A stretch of DNA of 64,000 nt from an uncultured Rhodospirillaceae bacterium (GTDB taxonomy: Bacteria > Pseudomonadota > Alphaproteobacteria > Rhodospirillales > UBA2165): NCBI GenBank assembly GCA_964574215.1, contig CAZNLR010000002.1:2003-66002 (forward strand). The letters run 5' to 3'. The position numbers and the translations under genes were made by a program. Within the stretch, counting starts at the first letter, position 1; every line of letters starts with the position of its first letter. Shown here piece after piece: positions 58,295 to 64,000 of this stretch. A model generated the notes under the pieces. It saw only the letters and a list, made by a program, of their open reading frames with translations, made no database searches and had not been told where the DNA came from.

Positions 58295-59709
58295 CCGCCT
58301 CCCGGATATTATGGAGAGCCGCTGATGCGGCCCAGGCCACCATGGGTAAAGCGCGTGTCGATTGGAGTGCCACCGGCATTTCCATCGACACGCGCACCCT
58401 CAAATCCGGTGACCTGTTTATCGCCATAAAAGGTCCTAATTTCGACGGTCACAACTATGTCTCCGCCGCCCTGGCAGATGGTGCGGCGGCGTCCATGGTG
58501 GCGAGCCGGCCGGACGGTATCGATGTAGATGCACCCTTGCTGGAAGTCGCCGACACCTTCGCTGGGCTCAATATGCTGGGAGAGGCCGGTCGCGAACGGT
58601 CTGCCGCCAAGATCATCGCCGTTACCGGCAGCGTCGGTAAGACGGGCGTCAAGGAAGCCCTTGGCCAATTGTTGTCGCGGCAGGGCGAGACGTCTTATAC
58701 CCAAGGATCGCTGAACAATCATTTCGGCGTTCCGCTGTCCCTGGCCCGCCTGCCGGAAGAAGCCGATTTCGCCGTCTTCGAGTTGGGTATGAACCATGCG
58801 GGCGAGCTGACGGATCTTTCCTATCTGGTCCGCCCCCTGGTGGCGGTGATCACCACCGTGGAGCCCGCCCACATGGAATTCTTCGATTCCGTTGCCGATA
58901 TCGCCAAAGCCAAGGCCGAGATATTTGCCGGTCTCCAACCGGGCGGTACGGCGGTGCTCAATCGGGACAATCCCCACTTCAAATTTCTGTCTGATGCCGC
59001 CTTCGTGGCGGGCGCCGAAAAAGTTACCGGGTTCGGTGAACATGAAGATGCCGATTTTAGGGTGATTGACTTTCAATTGGAAGAAACTGGTTCCAAGGTC
59101 GAAGCCGCCTTTGACGGACATAGTCTGACCTACCGGCTGTCCATGCCGGGACGCCATTGGGTGCAAAACAGCCTGGCGGTGCTGGCGGCGATTCATTCCG
59201 TGGGCGGGGATTTGTTCGCCGCTGCGGAGGCCATATCGGACATCGCACCCCCCAAAGGGCGGGGCGGACGCCACAAAATAGACTTGGATGATGGTTCGTT
59301 CGTATTGATCGACGACGCCTACAATGCAAGTCCCGTATCCATCGCGGCGGCGCTGGAGGTTCTGGCCGGCTCCCGGCCGGGGCCTTCGGGCCGCCGCATC
59401 GCTGTCCTGGGAGATATGCTGGAACTGGGAGAAACATCAGAAGAACTGCATCGGAGACTGGCGCAGAACATTGAATCATCGGGTATCGATCTGGTTTTTA
59501 CAGCGGGCGATATGATGCGGCATCTCCACAATGCCCTACCTGCCGGGCAGGCTGCGGCCTGGATGCCGACGGCGGAAGAAATCATTCCTCTCGTTATCCA
59601 GGAATTGCAGACCGGTGACGTCGTTCTGGTCAAGGGATCGGCGGGCTCGAAAATGAGCCGGATCGTTGACCGTCTTCTGAACTCACAGGGAGGGGCTCAT
59701 TTTGTTTAA
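58291..59709 (+). CDS. murF: UDP-N-acetylmuramoyl-tripeptide--D-alanyl-D-alanine ligase
   Basis: '[13 protein letters not shown]', '[10 protein letters not shown]' and 'DDAYNASP'. ATGA overlap with murE. Confidence 0.92.
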   Translation: MTASRILWRAADAAQATMGKARVDWSATGISIDTRTLKSGDLFIAIKGPNFDGHNYVSAALADGAAASMVASRPDGIDVDAPLLEVADTFAGLNMLGEAGRERSAAKIIAVTGSVGKTGVKEALGQLLSRQGETSYTQGSLNNHFGVPLSLARLPEEADFAVFELGMNHAGELTDLSYLVRPLVAVITTVEPAHMEFFDSVADIAKAKAEIFAGLQPGGTAVLNRDNPHFKFLSDAAFVAGAEKVTGFGEHEDADFRVIDFQLEETGSKVEAAFDGHSLTYRLSMPGRHWVQNSLAVLAAIHSVGGDLFAAAEAISDIAPPKGRGGRHKIDLDDGSFVLIDDAYNASPVSIAAALEVLAGSRPGPSGRRIAVLGDMLELGETSEELHRRLAQNIESSGIDLVFTAGDMMRHLHNALPAGQAAAWMPTAEEIIPLVIQELQTGDVVLVKGSAGSKMSRIVDRLLNSQGGAHFV

Positions 59710-60787
59710 CACCCTCGCACAACTGGCCGACCAGCTGGCGTTTTTCAACCTCTTCCGCTACATCACGTTCCGGACCGGTGGCGCCATGATGACGGCCTTG
59801 ATCGTCAGTTTTATCTTCGGCCCCATGATCATCCGCTGGCTCAAGCATCACCAGAAGAAAGGCCAGCCAATCCGTGAGGACGGACCGGAAAGCCATCTGA
59901 TCACCAAGGTGGGCACTCCCACCATGGGCGGTTTTATGATTTTGCTGGCCTTGCTGATTGCGACGTTGCTGTGGGCCGATCTCCGCAATGGCTACATCTG
60001 GGCGGCGCTGGGGGTGACGGTCGGGTACGGGCTGATCGGCTTTATCGACGACTACATTAAAGTCACGCGCCAGCACAGCAGCGGCTTGCCGGGCAAGCTA
60101 AAGCTTTTGTTACAGATATTCATCGCCACGGCGGCGGCAGTCTGGGTAATGAGCATCACCAAAGAAAGTCTGGCGACCTCGCTGACCATTCCGTTTTTCA
60201 AAGACGTGCTGATTGATCTCGGTTGGTTCTTCATCCCCTTTGCCGTCTTCGTCATGGTGGGGGCCTCCAATTCGGTCAATCTCACGGACGGGCTGGACGG
60301 CTTGGCCATCGGCCCGGTAATGATCGCCGCCGGTGTGTTTGCCTTGATTGCCTATGTCGTCGGGAATTCCGTATTTTCCAATTATCTGCAGCTCAGCTAC
60401 GTGCCGGGGGCCGGCGAACTTTCCGTATTTTGCGGCGCCCTGGTGGGCGCGGGGCTGGGCTTCCTTTGGTACAATGCGCCCCCCGCCATGGTGTTCATGG
60501 GCGACACGGGATCGCTGTCCATGGGCGGCGCCTTGGGCGCGGTCAGCGTCATCACCAAACACGAGCTGGTGCTGGCCATTGTCGGTGGCCTGTTTGTGCT
60601 GGAAACCGTTTCCGTCATCGTTCAGGTGGTGTCCTTCAAGCTGACTGGCAAGCGCGTTTTCCAAATGGCGCCCCTGCATCATCACTTCGAGAAAAAGGGC
60701 TGGGCGGAGCCGACCATCGTTATTCGCTTCTGGATCATCGCCACGATCCTGGCCTTGGCGGGTCTCGCGACCCTGAAGCTCCGGTAA
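59702..60787 (+). CDS. mraY: Phospho-N-acetylmuramoyl-pentapeptide transferase
   Basis: '[14 protein letters not shown]', 'GTPTMGG', '[13 protein letters not shown]' and '[11 protein letters not shown]'. TTG start overlaps the murF end. Confidence 0.93.
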   Translation: MFNTLAQLADQLAFFNLFRYITFRTGGAMMTALIVSFIFGPMIIRWLKHHQKKGQPIREDGPESHLITKVGTPTMGGFMILLALLIATLLWADLRNGYIWAALGVTVGYGLIGFIDDYIKVTRQHSSGLPGKLKLLLQIFIATAAAVWVMSITKESLATSLTIPFFKDVLIDLGWFFIPFAVFVMVGASNSVNLTDGLDGLAIGPVMIAAGVFALIAYVVGNSVFSNYLQLSYVPGAGELSVFCGALVGAGLGFLWYNAPPAMVFMGDTGSLSMGGALGAVSVITKHELVLAIVGGLFVLETVSVIVQVVSFKLTGKRVFQMAPLHHHFEKKGWAEPTIVIRFWIIATILALAGLATLKLR

Positions 60788-60796
60788 GGGAAAGCG

Positions 60797-62200
60797 ATGA
60801 TCGAAGTCTCCGCATTTTCAGGACAGCCGGTTGCCGTTATGGGGCTGGGCCGTTCCGGTCTCTCTGCCGTGCGCGCCCTGGTGGCGGGCGGCGCCGAGGT
60901 CTGGGCCTGGGATGACATGGAGCGATCTCGGGCCGAAGCCGAGAAGGCAGGCGTTAAGCTGACCGATCTCTATAGCTGCGACTGGTCCAAACCGGAAGCC
61001 TTGGTGCTGAGCCCAGGCATTCCCGACCGCTTTCCCGAACCTCACGCCGTTGCCGATCTGGCTCGCGAGGCCAACTGCGAAATCATCTGTGATGTTGACC
61101 TTCTGGGACGCGCCATGGAGGCGGCGTCTTTTATCGGCATCACCGGCACCAACGGCAAGTCCACCACCACGGCCTTGATCGGTCATATCTTGAAGGCAGC
61201 AGGACGGCCGGTGGAGATCGGCGGCAACTACGGCATTCCGGCCCTCGAATTGGATGAACTGACCGAAGACGGCACCTACGTCCTGGAGCTTTCCTCCTAT
61301 CAATTGGAACGCATCCCCTCCATACGGCTGGATGTCGCCATTCTTTTGAACATTACGCCGGATCATCTCGACCGCCATGGCGGCATGGACGGCTACGTCG
61401 CCGCCAAGCGAAGGATATTCGATCACACCAAGGATAACAGTCACGCCATCATCGGCATGGAGGACACCAACTGCCGGGTTCTGTGTATGGAACTGATGGT
61501 AAATAGAGGCGGCAAAGGCATCGTTCCCATCTCGGCAAGTGGCCGGGTCGCCGGCGGCGTCTATGTGGAGGATGGATTTCTAGTCGATGACATGGATTAC
61601 GGTCAGGCCAAAACCGATGTTGAAGGCCAGGTCAGGATTCTCGATCTCCAGGAGATCGGGACCCTGCCTGGTCGTCACAACTGGCAGAACGCCACAGCAG
61701 CCTACGCTGCGGCGCGTTTGGCGGGCCTCGACAGAGACGTCATTGCAGGCGCCCTAAGAACCTATCCGGGCCTGCCCCACCGTCAGGAACTGGTGGGCCG
61801 GATCGGCGATATTTTCTTTATCAATGACAGCAAGGCGACCAACAGTGAAGCCGCCGCCAAGGCGCTCGCCTGCTACAACCGGATTTACTGGATCGCCGGC
61901 GGGCAGTTCAAAGAGGAAAATCTGGCGGCCATCGAACCCTATTTGCCTCATGTCGCCCACACCTACCTGATCGGCGACTCCCAGGAACGCTTCGCCGAAC
62001 TGCTTGGTGATCAGATTCCTGTCACCAAATGCGGCGAACTTTCAAACGCCGTCGACACAGCCATCCAAGACGCCAAGCAGCAGGACAGCGCCATCGTGCT
62101 TCTCTCGCCCGCCTGTGCGTCTTTCGATCAATTCGCCGATTTTCAAGCCAGGGGTGACGCCTTCCGACTGCTTGTCATGGAGCAGGAGGGGGCGACATGA
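60797..62200 (+). CDS. murD: UDP-N-acetylmuramoylalanine--D-glutamate ligase
   Basis: 'ITGTNGKSTTTAL', 'ELSSYQLE' and 'NDSKATN'. Confidence 0.92.
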   Translation: MIEVSAFSGQPVAVMGLGRSGLSAVRALVAGGAEVWAWDDMERSRAEAEKAGVKLTDLYSCDWSKPEALVLSPGIPDRFPEPHAVADLAREANCEIICDVDLLGRAMEAASFIGITGTNGKSTTTALIGHILKAAGRPVEIGGNYGIPALELDELTEDGTYVLELSSYQLERIPSIRLDVAILLNITPDHLDRHGGMDGYVAAKRRIFDHTKDNSHAIIGMEDTNCRVLCMELMVNRGGKGIVPISASGRVAGGVYVEDGFLVDDMDYGQAKTDVEGQVRILDLQEIGTLPGRHNWQNATAAYAAARLAGLDRDVIAGALRTYPGLPHRQELVGRIGDIFFINDSKATNSEAAAKALACYNRIYWIAGGQFKEENLAAIEPYLPHVAHTYLIGDSQERFAELLGDQIPVTKCGELSNAVDTAIQDAKQQDSAIVLLSPACASFDQFADFQARGDAFRLLVMEQEGAT

Positions 62201-63351
62201 GCACCGCTTTTTCCCGCACCGATCGGAGTTTGCTGGGCCATTGGTGGTGGACGGTGGACCGGTGGATCGTTGCCGCCGTGATCGCCATTGCCGCCACCGG
62301 CGCGATCCTCGCCCTGGCGGCCAGTCCTCCGGTGGCGGAACGGATCGGGCTCGATACGTTTTACTTCGCCCGCCGCCAGTTCATCGTTCTCCCTATCGCT
62401 TTGATGGTGATGTTCGGCGTGTCGCTTTTGAACCGGGAGGGGGTCCGGCGTCTGGCGCTCGGTTGTTTCGGTGTTTCGGTTCTGCTCATGGTTTACACCA
62501 TAGTCGGTGGTGTGGAGATTAAGGGCGCGACGAGGTGGATCGCCGTGGCTGGCTATTCCTTGCAGCCGTCCGAATTCGTCAAACCCAGCTTTGCCATTGT
62601 CGCCGCCTGGATGTTCGCGGCCTGGCGGCTGAGGGAGGACTTTCCCGGCTATATGGTCGCCGTCGGATTATATCTGGCGGTGGTGGCCCTGCTGCTTATG
62701 CAGCCGGATGTCGGCATGGCGATCCTGGTCTCGGTGGTGTGGGGCGTTCAGTTCTTCCTGGCCGGTCTGCCCATGGTTCTGGTTATGGCCATCGGTGTTG
62801 TCTTCATCATCGGCGGGTTTGCCGCTTACTTTAATTTCGATCATGTGCAAAGCCGTATCGACCGCTTCTTCGATCCCGCCGGCTCCGAAGCCTACCAGGT
62901 CGCCCGGTCGCTGGAGGCGTTTAGCAATGGCGGTATATTCGGCCGCGGGCCAGGGGAGGGACAGATCAAAGCCGTTCTGCCCGACGCCCATGCCGATTTT
63001 ATATTCGCCGTCGCCGGTGAAGAGTTCGGCCTGATGATGACCCTGTTGATCGTCGGCCTGTTTCTCTTTGTCGTTCTCCGGGGGTTCGTCCGGGCCTTTA
63101 AGGAAACCGATCTTTTCGTTCAATTGGCCGTCGCCGGGCTGTTGGTTCAGTTCGGCCTGCAAGCCATCATCAATATGGCGTCCACGCTGAACCTGATGCC
63201 CACCAAGGGCATGACCCTGCCGTTTATCTCCTACGGCGGGTCTTCCATGATGGCGTTGGCCCTCGGCATGGGGATGGTGCTGGCTTTGACAAGGGACCGT
63301 CCCGGGCAGGACGGTGAAAGCCTCACCCATCAATGGAGGCAGCAAACATGA
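62197..63351 (+). CDS. ftsW: Peptidoglycan glycosyltransferase FtsW (SEDS family)
   Basis: About 10 TM helices. 'LQPSEFVKP', 'QPDVGMA', 'PDAHADFIFAV' and 'PTKGMTLPFISYGGSS'. Confidence 0.92.
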   Translation: MSTAFSRTDRSLLGHWWWTVDRWIVAAVIAIAATGAILALAASPPVAERIGLDTFYFARRQFIVLPIALMVMFGVSLLNREGVRRLALGCFGVSVLLMVYTIVGGVEIKGATRWIAVAGYSLQPSEFVKPSFAIVAAWMFAAWRLREDFPGYMVAVGLYLAVVALLLMQPDVGMAILVSVVWGVQFFLAGLPMVLVMAIGVVFIIGGFAAYFNFDHVQSRIDRFFDPAGSEAYQVARSLEAFSNGGIFGRGPGEGQIKAVLPDAHADFIFAVAGEEFGLMMTLLIVGLFLFVVLRGFVRAFKETDLFVQLAVAGLLVQFGLQAIINMASTLNLMPTKGMTLPFISYGGSSMMALALGMGMVLALTRDRPGQDGESLTHQWRQQT

Positions 63352-64000
63352 GCGCGCCTCTCATCATGCTGGCGGCGGGGGGTACCGGCGGTCACGTTTT
63401 TCCGGCGGAAGCCCTGGCGGCTCAATTGGTCCAGCGCGGCTGCCGTTTGATACTGGTAACCGACCGGCGGGGTGGGGCGTTGTCGGGACGGCTGGGAGAG
63501 CTTGAAACCTTCAAAGTGCGGGCCGGTGGCATCGCCGGAAAAGGCATTGCCGCCCGCATTTTAAGTGTTATGGAAATTCTTTGGGGCACCTGGCAGGCCT
63601 GGCGGCTGATCCGCCGGATGAAACCTTCCGTGGTCGTCGGTTTCGGCGGTTACGCATCGGTCCCCACCATGCTGGCGGCTGCCTACTCAAAAACCAAAGC
63701 GGCCATCCATGAACAGAATGCCGTGCTGGGAAGGGCCAACCGCCTGTTGGCCGGCAGGGTCGAGAAAATCGCCACATCCTTTAACAAGGTTGCAGCCATT
63801 CCCGACTCGGCCAAGGAAAACATCGTTCAGATCGGCATGCCGGTGCGTCCGGCGGTCGCGGCGAAGAGCGGAGAGCCCTTTCCGGAATTGTCGATGGAAA
63901 GCGACATTCACATTTTGGTGCTGGGCGGCAGTCAGGGCGCCAGCGTGTTCAGCCGGGTCGTGTCCGAGGCCCTGGCAAAAGTTAGCGAGAATCTCAAACG
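63348..64000 (+). CDS. murG: UDP-N-acetylglucosamine--N-acetylmuramyl-(pentapeptide) pyrophosphoryl-undecaprenol GlcNAc transferase (3' end cut by window edge)
   Basis: The ATG at 63348 overlaps the ftsW stop (ATGA). My translation gives 'MSAPLIMLAAGGTGGHVFPAEALAAQL', the MurG G-loop. The frame stays open to the window end and is not in the ORF track because no stop codon is reached. Confidence 0.88.
   Translation, partial: MSAPLIMLAAGGTGGHVFPAEALAAQLVQRGCRLILVTDRRGGALSGRLGELETFKVRAGGIAGKGIAARILSVMEILWGTWQAWRLIRRMKPSVVVGFGGYASVPTMLAAAYSKTKAAIHEQNAVLGRANRLLAGRVEKIATSFNKVAAIPDSAKENIVQIGMPVRPAVAAKSGEPFPELSMESDIHILVLGGSQGASVFSRVVSEALAKVSENLK

Noticed and set aside
1-64000. Searched by eye for CRISPR arrays, tRNA/rRNA genes, IS elements/transposases, integrases, toxin-antitoxin pairs and known defence genes
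   Set aside because: None was recognised. There are no regularly spaced 25-40-bp repeats, no tRNA-like T-arm/acceptor pattern in the intergenic regions, and no DDE or tyrosine-recombinase motifs among the ORFs. A tRNAscan/Infernal/ISfinder run would be needed to exclude small RNAs definitively.

Overview
This 64-kb window reads as a chromosomal segment of a moderately GC-rich, probably alphaproteobacterial (Rhodospirillales-like) genome. That assignment is an inference from gene content and order, not a database result.

Most of the window is housekeeping:
- cimA (5' end cut by the window edge), trmJ and rnhA
- the glycine cleavage operon gcvT-H-PA-PB
- a MoxR / DUF58 / BatA-like / vWA-like four-gene operon
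- DUF1285, a CoA-pyrophosphatase-type NUDIX and the CCA-adding enzyme
- a UbiD-family decarboxylase and trmL
- the cytochrome bc1 operon petABC
- a cyclophilin and the methionine-salvage genes mtnP-mtnA
- glnS
- the start of the dcw cluster, mraZ-rsmH-ftsL-ftsI-murE-murF-mraY-murD-ftsW-murG (3' end cut by the window edge)

Between about 30.8 and 51.7 kb lies a more accessory stretch. It holds two histidine kinases with no response regulator nearby, a 945-aa membrane protein with five PAS domains and no output domain, a FAD monooxygenase, a TRAP transporter, a glutamine-synthetase-like ligase paired with a Rieske oxygenase, and RidA. It also holds a three-gene operon of two paralogous degenerate-EAL proteins plus a SYLF lipoprotein, facing a PPP-family phosphatase.

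I found no rRNA, tRNA, CRISPR array, transposase, integrase or recognisable defence genes.

The most interesting non-coding signals are upstream of mraZ. One is an exact GAAC-N7-GAAC alphaproteobacterial-type SOS box. The other is seven 10-bp-phased CCCA decamers followed by inverted TGGG boxes, a likely MraZ operator. An AT-rich palindrome family also sits precisely between convergent gene ends at two distant loci.

I cannot demonstrate a clear-cut new system. The best candidates are the degenerate-EAL paralog / SYLF operon, the GS-like / Rieske pair, and the output-less multi-PAS protein. All functional calls come from motifs read by eye and need HMM or BLAST confirmation.
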